Of a DNA stretch of 64,000 bases, positions 19,501 to 27,500 are shown in pieces. The stretch's first letter is position 1, and the number at the start of each line of letters is the position of its first letter. A program made the position numbers and the translations under genes. Source of the DNA: a virus; IMG/VR virus record IMGVR_UViG_3300046804_004208, positions 1 through 64,000 of that record, one strand, 5' to 3'. Under the pieces are notes generated by a model. The model did no database searches and was not told the origin of the DNA. It saw only the letters and a list, made by a program, of their open reading frames with translations.

Positions 19501-19897
19501 AGGTTATCCTATTTTTGTTTTTGATACAACCGTTGGTAATGGAATTACATCTATAGATAATGGAGACTTAAATGTAGTAGGAATTGGTACAACTTTTGTA
19601 GATAACATATATTATGTTCACAATATTACAGAAAATAATTTAAGAGGTTTAATTGTTAGTAATATTTTATCATCAACTGATTTATCAGGACTAAGTACTT
19701 CTGGAGTTGATATTTGTGGTAGATTCTCTTGGGGAAAATTATCTGGATTTAAGAGATCTTCTAATCCGATTTCAATAGGAGTTAGTGGATATACTATCAA
19801 CTCTGGACTTACAACATTCCATTCAATACAAAGAAGAAAGTATGGATTGAGAGATAGTGGATCGCTGATAAAACAGTTCCCAGAGGGATCTTTATAA
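7514..19897 (+). CDS. gp7: Giant baseplate wedge initiator gp7-like structural protein (4127 aa)
   Basis: Between gp6 and gp8; QLPEFV..FLKQYY and FYQSKGTEESFKILF N-terminus; QDSDYYQTLSYTIKS..VHPVGMKNF; many NHxxxxGDxxxY and NxGSGY repeats. Confidence 0.75.
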   Translation: MITTGFDTRVKIQQIVENQLPEFVLSENPKVSEFLKQYYISQEYQGGPLDIAENLDQYINLNNLTPEVISGITSITKSISSTNDIIFVNTTKGFPKEYGLLKIDDEIITYTGITTNSFTGCVRGFSAISSYKNDLNSDELVFSSTRSSSHIKNSKVENLSALFLKEFYKKIKILLAPGFENIDFVSGLNVNNFIKEIKSFYQSKGTEESFKILFNVLYGITPKVLNLEEFLIKPSSSEFIRREILVTERISGDPNKLIGQIVKSYDDSASGPVSEVELITRNNKVYYKLQLFSGFNDKTLIEGQFEITGETKSIDSVSIGSSIITVDSTIGFSQFGTLYSGDNVISYSDKSINQFFGCSGIIKKINPRDQIRSNNIIYGYEDGKIDKKVELRVTGVLSELEDTQNVFLLSKGDVIEITSIGDKIENPSGLKTYKEEVFNSFIYNTSSRYEIESFSGNNVFLYDIPDKSSLKIGDHVDILNRNSESIVLENVIILNIISNKLILNVNITNVDQKTELSIRRKLSYSSSSGIPLKYDNITSNIQNTYIEKIGDEEFINIAANSLPDYPIGCNYKSSSLIINSSSNLDQIFQGYDEGDLTYSIISFKNNVPFNNGDAVVYTGSNKPLFNLSFGKIYYIQVLVNGTEKNKIRLYNSRSFIESNNYIKFDLSEGYVGTHTFTLESQNDKLIEPKKYLLKFPLKQNIESGKNIPTPVGSTGVLINGVEIVNYKSNDKLYFGPIENVRIYNSGKDYDVINLPKIKISSPIGVGSTAYADAVIRGSVREVIVDPNQVDLVRVVSASISGGNGSGAVLEPILEKTFREIEFDSDLSLYGGGIDKDNDSLTFLKNHNLKNGTPIVYNNNGNTSIGIGTFDGLNTDQNLYLENGETYYPEIINSRAIKLYKTISDLNSGINTVGFTTVNSGGIHKFRLLEGKNVLKNIKVLNSGSGYENRSLKVNPSGISTINDSISFINHNFNDGDLVEYQTTGSVISGLSTEKNYYVLKLDDNSFRLCDAGYVGVGAAKTDYLRKKYVNFESSGIGYQIFSYPKITLSLNVEYSGFIGTITATPIVRGNLVDCYLYENGSGYGSQIMNFHKKPSISILNGVNAQVKPIVNKGKIIAVELQNGGQNYYSTPDLVVNGNGTGAKLRAVISNGSIVKVIVINQGVNYDKNNTTVSVISAGRNAVLNCSVKPLTVNNFKRFSDEIAQEFNDNLSYGLVGYSTIREGSSFSDPTLESGHSKIIGYAYDGNPIYGPFGFSDPNDDNSTIKKLETGYVLDPSSVKSRPSIIDFEPGFFVEDYIFSNTGDLDIHNGRFAKTPEFPEGIYAYYVGVTTDTNTNTLIPKFPYFIGNFYRSSLDNTSIFDQSFDFNSSNLVRNTFPYRLNELNSGNDFIPEANDTLRQTSIINSISLGEIEEIEIKNPGENYEVNDSISIFSKTGGGSSAIVSKIKGKEIYGLETNFIKYENVVFSWLDENTVSANINPHHNFINGDSVNISGLSTSIKNLSGFKVISFSPEVTSLASSISANSTVGIVTDISIFSPISKLSVGSSIGIGTETFSVLNIFDNEKILRVRRGVSAGHSEGSLVNSLSNLITLKANCPQFDSTLNNIAYFNPTLSIGVGTISGSNTNVLFPIGNSTRLLSIPTQSIYLPNHKFKNNQKVLLSKPQSSSQLTVKDTPSGSSFNLPISGNSQYVYIINKSKDYIGLVTEVGLTTTTNGLYFTNNGSDNYQYKLESDFNQVTGVLQKVETKVSLSTYHGLSYGDKIDLVVNPSLSVGIGTSLSIKLKYNDQYEKLLFNPIGFTSTSVNISNNTINIINHKLSTGDKILYTSEDLVCSGLSSGKYFVYRNDDNSISLCETYIDTFSNPPNIVSLGSTGGNLQELSLINPQVKLFRNNNLVFDTSDSSLINSNLKIFYDSNFINEFVSVGTTNSFLIEQTGEPGVGTIFTDSNITIKYNQKIPTKLYYALEKNGTLLSKDTEVINNSEILYTNSLYNGSYNIYGIGTTTFNINLNDVPEKLSYKKSECFDLSYTTNSTNDSGPIDKIKIISSGFGYDSLPNFVGVSTISRGKNAILKSKSKSIGKINDLRIINEGFEYSSDKTLRPKGKIPTVLQLDNSSKLTSVSVLSGGRNFLSTPILELVNNYTRKKVNSGILIPVVKNNTIVEVNVVEEPLGLQSVDHTIFTTNNSNGIQVSKILSYTNGIVECELSTPPITGFLNVPFKPGDKIFVEGISKESFTDALGNTTTPGSGFNSVDHGYVFFTVTEFNNTDPAILKYDISKFTDNAGVPKTLQTNYSLIVNQKNYPIFSIEKSLAQFYDNETLFVNGLETDLTVRSSNYDILKISGEYPVKLNDLIYGKISGNSATVSAVNNFEKYFKVDYSNKRNFDWKNDFGKLNNETQVIQDSDYYQTLSYTIKSPISYEDSKDFVSRMVHPVGMKNFADMDIFSNSNVSIAATQNLLQVLDFVSEQRVDVVRNFDLVTDYEPFSNSSNAIKFRYKKLSDYIDCKTNRVLQIDDISSRFSSQEFNRDAFTEVIEYPITDFYSKFLVQVHDEDKLSYQISEVVILNNFDNTFTLNKSDLYTLEKLGDFTGEFAPSGDPVLKFIPTDPYTTNYNIKVHRESFSPNPFNIGVGFTDLGFVRLTSKTERMPRSSGIKTDIFIGLSSSFNTIYSNIFVMDEDTYEMNYFEVIGFYDSKDTHKSEFYFDTYPSIGGLSQGFIGTFGLFVENNIIKLQFTKNNNLSNILIKGKTVGFGSTSAGIGTYRFLVADQLEGTEKTSKLESKQYKGTGISTFISYNADVESSVKSLVKVGIGTTVTSLQQVLVLSDLNRVNIQQYPFVSVGSTSGIGTFGVTLNNSVVDVIFYPDPLYSSSEYTIQSFNHFMFYEIDEFNIPEELTYGTAKESFDISFYGSLNEFGKDRLDFDLNYERIPIFEKVFNPKNSSLLDLSTGVFKIKDHFFQTGEELIYTPSSTLIGVPGEPLGIGSTLVSGTTLIGDIIIGFSTITGVGSTIGISTNGTIILGSSIPDNTQIIGIGRTYTYFVGNVVSSGSSIITGVANTLALKVGSGIYSGNNISLGNITSIGINSITSSVTISEGDDRIYYSTDNNISLTLSNVATATTIRQNYITGIVTDICPEKVYTIKLSKDTFKLTGTLGQTGAGFTFTSSGSGNIHKLEMKKKLEKCLITVDGVNQYPLIRTPLQFSIKNNGNPIGSATTFITLSGISSISPRDLYQVDDEFMYINNVGLATENNGFGPITGIGTIPVIEVKRGWVGTAATTHDDNSIGRIYKGAYNIVGNRIWFTEAPDGRGNNNRLNSSLLPFAKSTFNGRVYLRQDYSTNKIYDDVSENFNGIGRTFTVKKDGENTTGIEIGSGLVFINDVFQTPDTENNAGNNYTFSENSGITSITFTSVSRPTPPYDILISEYDVNQNQVPRGGLIVSLGSTGGLGYAPLVGASVTAILNSGSIVSIGIGTSGSFGSGYTGNVSIGVTDSTGNGANVTATVGLGGTLIFNVVSGGFGYSNPEFIISDPSYQDLPIVGVSRLSVGNTTTTGIGLSITVQVGPSDSVGIGSSYFEVKSFKITKPGYGFSRGDVFEVVGLVTDSRLNYPIEPFRLVVDEIFTDSFASWQMGEFDYIDSIKPLQDGVRTRFPLYRNNELLSFEVDRNDIEASQIDFNSLLLIFVNGVMQEPNVSYTFEGGTTFRFKEPPVQTDNIAIFFYRGTRGVDSDIININETIKVGDTIKINKNNNIFGTIPQDERIVSLIQSADTTETGIYLGDGIDENNFKPLDWFKQKRDLIVNESFEYKSRDSLEALVFPSAKIIKDLSTKDNSIFVDDSTLFNYEENESTLEIQKFSALVLPHSNFSPGKITAVVDNNSTDISSLIIENGGSGYTGNSVVLKISNPKKIGIGIGTTATATVTVSAAGTLTSPITISNPGFGYTFIPQVLIPEPETIGEMLDDIQLVEGFSGIITGITTSVGTNGNPLAINFQVKFDPESIISGLLPGYPIFVFDTTVGNGITSIDNGDLNVVGIGTTFVDNIYYVHNITENNLRGLIVSNILSSTDLSGLSTSGVDICGRFSWGKLSGFKRSSNPISIGVSGYTINSGLTTFHSIQRRKYGLRDSGSLIKQFPEGSL

Positions 19898-19917
19898 TTA
19901 ATATCTTAAATATCAAT

Positions 19918-19925
19918 TATAAATA
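19918..19925 (+). promoter_or_regulatory. Late promoter TATAAATA
   Basis: Exact T4 late consensus upstream of gp8. Confidence 0.75.
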
Positions 19926-19948
19926 TAGAAAAAAGCTAAAAATATAAA

Positions 19949-21505
19949 ATGGCGGCAATTGTAACAGACCAATTTAGAATTTTAAATGCTAATAATTTTG
20001 TAGAATCTGTACAAAATAGTGACAATTCATATTATGTATTTTTAAGTTTGCCTAATCCATCAATTGTTGGATTCGGTAGATCTGAGTCTTGGGATGATAG
20101 TGTACCAAATCCTATTGATAATTTAGATTATTTAAGTCATGTAAGAGATACTATTATATTTGGTAAGAAAATTTCTCCCAATGACATTAGAAGATTAGTA
20201 AAAAGAGTTAATTGGGAGCAAGGAAAAATCTATGAAATGTATAGGCATGATTATAGTATTTCAAATCGTTCTCCACAGACAAACTCCGCACGGTTATACG
20301 ATGCAAACTACTACGTAATTAATAGTGATTACAGAGTTTATATCTGTATTAGTAATGGATCTAGTGCTACCAATCCATTAGGTAATTTTTCTCAAGATGA
20401 ACCAACTTTTATTGATTTAGAACCTTCTAGAGCTGGTGAAAGTGGAGATGGTTATATTTGGAAATATCTTTTTACAGTTTCTCCAAGCGATATCATTAAG
20501 TTTGATTCTATTGAATATATTCCTGTTCCAAATAAATGGTTAACAAGCACTGATTCGCAAATACAGTCTATTAGGGAAAATGGAAACTCTAACGTAAATG
20601 ATAATCAAATAAAGACTGTATATATCGATTCGGAAGGATCTGGTTATAATACTACAGAAAGTGAACTTGATATTATTGGAGATGGAAGTGGCGCAAAAGT
20701 TATTGTCGATGTTGTTGGTGGAAAAATAACAAATACTACAGTTTCATCTGGTGGAAAAGGATATACATATGGAAGAGTTGATTTATCTTCTATAAATTCT
20801 GGAGCAACTTCTTTTGCCAAATTAATTCCAATTATTCCTCCAGAAAAGGGGCATGGTAGTGATATATATTCCGAATTAGGAACTGATAAGGTTTTAATTT
20901 ATGCTCGTTTTGATGATTCAACAAAAGATTTTCCAATAGACACAAGATTTTCTCAAATTGGAATTATTAAAAATCCATGTAGAGTTGGATCATATTCTTC
21001 AATATTCTTAGAAAATCAATTTTCTGGTTTATACTCTATTAAAATGAATTCAGTATCTAATCCAGAAGATGCCGTGCCTGGTAATAAAATATATCAAACT
21101 ATCGCTGGAGTTGGAACTGCTATTGGATATATCGCTTCTTATGATATAGAAACTAAAGTATTGAAATATTTTGTAGATAGATCTTTATATTATAATACTC
21201 TTTCATACGATCAAAAAGATTCAAGAAGAGTTTCAATAGAATCTAAAAAAGTGGACTTTTTACCTTCTTCAGGAACAATAATTTCAGATAATAGTTTTAC
21301 TGGTTCTCCAGATCCAACATTTACAGGAATTAGTACCACAGTGTCTTTGACAAAAAGAGTAAATTTAGCAACTAATTTTACAAATGGTTTCTCTCCTCCA
21401 GAGATAAATAAATCAACAGGACAAATTATTTACTTGGATAATAGACCAACAGTTTCTAGAAATCCAAGACAAAAAGAAGATATTAAAATTATCCTGGAAT
21501 TCTAA
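19949..21505 (+). CDS. gp8: Baseplate wedge subunit gp8
   Basis: YRVYICISN, DGYIWKYLFTV, GQIIYLDNR..R..RQKEDIKIILEF. Confidence 0.92.
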   Translation: MAAIVTDQFRILNANNFVESVQNSDNSYYVFLSLPNPSIVGFGRSESWDDSVPNPIDNLDYLSHVRDTIIFGKKISPNDIRRLVKRVNWEQGKIYEMYRHDYSISNRSPQTNSARLYDANYYVINSDYRVYICISNGSSATNPLGNFSQDEPTFIDLEPSRAGESGDGYIWKYLFTVSPSDIIKFDSIEYIPVPNKWLTSTDSQIQSIRENGNSNVNDNQIKTVYIDSEGSGYNTTESELDIIGDGSGAKVIVDVVGGKITNTTVSSGGKGYTYGRVDLSSINSGATSFAKLIPIIPPEKGHGSDIYSELGTDKVLIYARFDDSTKDFPIDTRFSQIGIIKNPCRVGSYSSIFLENQFSGLYSIKMNSVSNPEDAVPGNKIYQTIAGVGTAIGYIASYDIETKVLKYFVDRSLYYNTLSYDQKDSRRVSIESKKVDFLPSSGTIISDNSFTGSPDPTFTGISTTVSLTKRVNLATNFTNGFSPPEINKSTGQIIYLDNRPTVSRNPRQKEDIKIILEF

Positions 21506-21507
21506 AA

Positions 21508-24500
21508 ATGACACAAAAAACAAATTTAAACATTTCACCATATTATGATGATTTTGATCAGGAAAAAAATTACTATAGGGTTCTTTTTAAACCAGGATTT
21601 CCAGTTCAATCAAGAGAACTGACTACTTTACAATCAATTTTACAAAGTCAAATTTCATCTTTTGCTAATCATATCTTTAAAGATGGATCAGTTGTTATTC
21701 CTGGAAATATTTCATATGATCCAAATTATTACGCAGTCAAATTAAATCCTAAACATTTAGGATTAGACGTAGGATTATATATTAACGAATTAATTGGAAA
21801 AAAAATATCCGGACAAACAAGCGGAATAACTGCTATTGTAAAAAATATTATTACAAACTCACAATCTGAAGAAGGATACTACACTTTATATGTAAAATAT
21901 TTAAATTCCGACACATCTTTTAAAATTAATACTTTTTCGGATGGAGAAACCTTAATAACACAAGATACTTTTTCTTATGGTAATACGAGTATTGTTTCTG
22001 GGGAGACAATATGTAGTTTAATAAGTTTAAATTCAACTGCAACTGGTTCTGCAGTTTCAATTTCAAAAGGAATATATTACGTTAGAGGAACGTTTGTAAA
22101 TGTTGATGATTATACTTTAATTCTAGATCAATATACAAATACACCATCATACAGAATTGGATTAGAGGTTATTGAAGAAATAATAGATTCTCAGAATGAT
22201 AATAGTTTATATGATAATGCAAGAGGGTTCGCAAATTTTTCAGCTCCAGGATCTGATAGGCTAAAAATATCTACAATATTAAATAAAAAATCATTAAATG
22301 ATTATAATGATAAAAATTTTATAGAAATATTAAGAGTTACTAATGGTATAGTTAAAAAAATACAAGATACGAACACATATTCATTAATAAAGGAATATAT
22401 TGCTAAAAGAACATATGAAGAATCTGGAGATTATTCACTGATTCCTTTTGATATTGAAATCAATAATTCTCTTAATGATAAAATTTCTTCAGATGGATTA
22501 TTTTTTAGTGAGCAAAAAACAGATCAAGGAAATACCCCAAATGATAATCTTCTTTGTGTTAAAGTTTCACCAGGAAAAGCATATGTAAGGGGATTTGATA
22601 TTGATAAATCATCAACTTCTATCTTAGATATAGAAAAACCAAGGGATGTTGAATTTATAAAAACATTTGGAATTCCCTTTGAAATGGGAAATCTTGTTAA
22701 GATTAATAATGTATCGGGAACTCCATTATTGGGTTTAGATAATAATTTTTATGTCAATCTCCAAAATCAAAGAAAATCTTCAACAACTGTTGGTTCCGGA
22801 ATAACTATAGGAAATGCAAGAATATATTCTTTTTCATTAGCGGATTCTTCATATTCTAATCAATCTTCAGAATGGAATTTATATCTATTTGATATTCAAA
22901 CTTATGAGGTTTTAACTTTAAATCAACCTTTAAATTCATCAGAGTGTCCAGAAACTTCTTATGTTAAAGGATTAAGCAGTGGTGCATCCGGTTATGTAGT
23001 TTCACCTCCAAATGGGGTAGAGGTTACTATAACACAAACATCTGGAACATTTTCCACTGGAGAACAGTTAGAAATAAATGGATCTAAATTTCTTTCAAGA
23101 ACAGTATCCGCAATTAAGAGATATTCAATTCAAGATATAAAATCTTTATACCAAAATAAAAATATTACCGGATTAAGTACATCATTTACAGCAGATACTG
23201 TTCTTCAGAGCAAAATAGGATCTAATTTTAGTATATCTGATCAAATTGAAATATCTTCATCTGGAATAGCCTCATGTGCAGGAAGAAACTTTGTTGGAAT
23301 AAAAAGTGATACAATAATTAGATACAGAAGAGTTGGATTTTTAACAGAGACTTATAACAGAATTGTATCTGTTTCTTCTGATGGGTTATATGCATCTCTT
23401 GCAGGAGTTTCGACCGTAAATCAAGTTTGTGATGGTGGAGTACCAACTACAATAACAAATGTTCCTTTTACATTTGGTGATCCTACTATTTTATACTCAG
23501 AAAAATCTTCATTGTATTCTCCATTAGGACATAAAAATATTTCTGAACTTGATTTATCTAATTCAAACTTAAAATTAACAAAACAAATAAAAGGAAAATC
23601 TAGTGGTAGTTTGGGGTCTTTATCTATAGGTTTGGCAGATGTTGGACTAACTAGTTCATTTTATGAACCATATGATTCTGAAAGATATTCTATTTTTTAT
23701 GAAGATGGATCTATTGAAAATTTGTCTAATAACAATGTATCATTAGACCCTGGATTATCATTAGTGACTTTTTCTGGATTAAAACCAAATCAAAATAATA
23801 TTACTATTAATACAACAATTCAAAAAAATTCTATTATTAGTAAACAAAAATTATATGTTAGAAGTGAAAAATTAGAGGTTAATAAGATATCTTCCGCAGT
23901 CTTAACCTCAATTTCTGGGTTAAGTACAAGTAATTATTACGGTTTAAGAGTTGATGATAAAGAAATATCATTAAATGTTCCAGATGTATCTAAAATAGTA
24001 GCGATATACGAATCTTTAAATACTTCATCTCCAGTACTAGACAAATTAAGTTTTAACACCTCATTAAATTTGGATAGTTCATCTATTTTAGGTGAACAAA
24101 TTATTGGTTCTTCAAGTGGTGCAATTGGTCAATTAGTTACAAAATATTCTTCATCTGAAATTGAATTTGTTTACTTGAATACTAATAAATTTATTAATGG
24201 GGAAACAGTTCGTTTTCAAGAGTCTAATATTGTTGGATCTATACAATTTATAACTGTTGGAAATTATTTGGATAGAACTCAAGATTATATTTTAGATAAT
24301 GGACAAAAAGAACAGTATTATGATTATTCCAAATTAATTAGAAAAAACAATTTTAGTATACCAACAAAAAAATTGTTGATAATTTACGATTGCTATCAAG
24401 TTCCCTCTAATGATTCTGGAGATCTTTACACAGTACAGAGTTATGGTAAAGAAAGGTATAATAAAGATGTTCCTATCTTAAATAATAATACTAGATTATC

Positions 24501-27500
24501 AGATGTCATTGATTTTAGACCAAGAGTTTCTAAATTCACAAACTCTTCTTCTTCGCCATTTGCATTTACATCAAGAGATTTTTCAATTTCAGGTTTAAAT
24601 CCAACCATAATTCTTTCACCAAATGAAAGTGCAAATATTGGATATTATTATTATTTACCAAGAATAGATAAACTTGTTTTAAATAAAAATGGAAATTTTT
24701 CTTTGGTAAAGGGAATTTCTTCTATAAATCCTAAGATTCCATCTTCAATTGATGAATCAATGGATATTGCAACTATTGAACTTCCAGCATATTTATATAA
24801 TACTTCCGATGCTAAAGTTAAATTAATTGACAATAGACGTTATACTATGAGAGATGTTGGAAAATTAGAACAAAGAATAGAAAATTTAGAAAATTTGTCT
24901 TCGTTATCTTTATTAGAAATAGATACAAAATCTTTGGAAATCAAAGATTCTGATGGATTTTCTAAATTTAAATGTGGATTTTTTGCGGATGGATTTAAAA
25001 ATACATCTTTTATTGATGTTGAGAATGGAATTTCTAAATTTTCAATTAATAATAATCTTGAAGAGTTGGAATCAGATATTTCACTATACTCTTTAAAATC
25101 TGAAATTTCATTATCTTCTGCAACAAATATAGAAAATGCAGATTTTTCTGCAGATTTAACACTTTCAGATCCAAATGTTAAAAAAACCGGAGATTTAATT
25201 ACTTTAAATTATGCAGAAGTAGATTGGGTTGACATTTCTCAAAATTTTGCTACAAAAGAAGAATCAATAAATCCATTTTCAAATGTTAATTATAATGGAA
25301 ACATTAGATTATACCCATCATCGGATACTTGGGTTAAAACTGTTCTTAGTGAAACTGGATCTATAGTTAGATCAGAAAATGATTGGAAAAATACTTATAT
25401 TTCAAATTTAGTTACTGGAAGCCAATATAGTGATTATACAAGATCCAGAAATGTGGAATTTTCTGCAAGTGGATTGATACCTAAAACTCAATATTACTCA
25501 TTTTTAGATGGAAATACTAATATAGATGTAATTCCAAAATTACTTCAAATTTCCATGTCTTCTGGAATTTTTCAAACTGGTGAGGATGTTAATGGTTACA
25601 TAGGAAATGAACTTGTATGTTGTTTTAGATTGGCGACACAAACTCATAAGTATGGTCTTTATAATTCTCCATCTGAAGTTTATTCAGAAAATCCATATAA
25701 TCCTGCAGCAAGTTTTACTAATTATTCTTCTTCATCTACAATTCTTAATATTGATACAAAATCTTTATCAGATAATTCGAGTGGTAAATATTTTGGATAT
25801 ACCCCAACTGGAATGGTATTAATTGGAAAAACATCAAAAGCACAAGCTACTGTAATTCCACAATCTTTAATTTCAGATAGTTTTGGAGATTTAATAGGTT
25901 GTTTTTATATTAGAAATCCATTATCTAATCCAACACCTCCAGTTTTATTTAAAAGAAATTCTAAATCATTTAGATTATCTTCTAGTTCAACAAATTCTAG
26001 TTCTATTTCTATTAGTTATACAGAAACTACTTTCTTTGCTTCTGGGATTTTAAATTCATCCACTTATTCCGAAAGTATATCTGTCAGAAAATCTCCACCA
26101 GCTTTGCCATTAAATGCTTTAAGGAAAGATCCTTTTTCTCAAACATTTAGAACTGATAATGATGGAGGATTTTTAACTAGTGTAGATCTTTTCTTCTCAA
26201 ATAAAGATTCTGCAGAAAAATTATTTGTAGAAATTAGAGAATGTGATATTGGTGGTGTTCCAAAAGATCAACTAGTTCAAGATTTTGCTAGAGTGGAAGT
26301 TTTACCATCTCAGATAGCAGTATCTTCAGATGCCTCAGTTCCAACTAATATAAAATTTAAATCTCCAATATATCTTCAACCAAATAAACAATACGCAATA
26401 TCAATTTTCTGCCCTACGTCATCAAATTATAAAGTTTGGATTGCAGAATCAAATAATCCTACTGTTACTACTTCTTCCTTACCCGCTGTTCTCCAAACAA
26501 TATATTCAAATAACTACACAGGAGGACATTTATTCAAACCTCAAAATGGATCAGTATGGAATTCAAGTTTATCTGAAGACTTATGCTTTAAATTTAAAAA
26601 AGCTCAATTTGTTAGTAAATCTGGGACAATTTATTTCCACAACCCATCATTATCAATTGGAAGTACCCATGGTAGATACGATTCAAATATTCAAAATTTA
26701 ATAAAAAACCCATTAAAGGCACTTCCTAGAAAACTTGTAGTTGGAATCATAACTTCTTCAAATATCTCTAATGTACTTTCAGTAGGTACAAAAGTGCTTG
26801 AGGGAACGAATTTTGGATACATTGAAAAAATAGGGGGTAATATAGGTATTATTACATCAACTAATACAGGAATTGGATATTCAAATGGATCTTTCACTTC
26901 TGTACCATTATATACAATAACAGGTTCTGGCAATGGTGCTACTGCAAATATAACTTTCATAAATTCAAAAGTATCTACAGTATCTATTGCTAATACTGGA
27001 TCTGGATATGTTGTTGGAGATGTTTTGGGAATTACTACAAGTGCTGTAAATAAAGGTAAAGGAGCAACTATAACAGTTTCATCAACTATTAATTCCGATA
27101 CTTTATATTTAACTAACGTTCAGGGTCAATCTTTTACTCAAGGGAATGTCATTTCATATTATGATGGTTCTACAAATGTTTCTCTATCTGGAACTACTGT
27201 TAGAGGTCAAACATATGTAGAAGATGATTTGTATACAGGAAATGTATTTGAAGTTACTCAATACAATCATAGTATGCATTCTGATAATAATATTCTTTCC
27301 ATTTCTGGAGTATTTCCGGATACTATTCCTGAACTATTAACTGCGTCATTACCTTCAACAACTTTAACAATATCTGTTGCAAATACAGCAAATTTTGTTA
27401 ATTTTGAGGGTAGTCAAGTTAGTGGATCTAATCTTGGATATGTATTAATAAACAATGAAATAATTTCTTATAGTGGAATAACAGTTGGTGGATTAACAAT

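Noticed and set aside
9540-26960. Short alternative-frame and antisense ORFs within gp7 and VrlC
   Set aside because: Fully nested in long genuine genes, with Leu/Ile/Gln-rich off-frame composition and no expression signals
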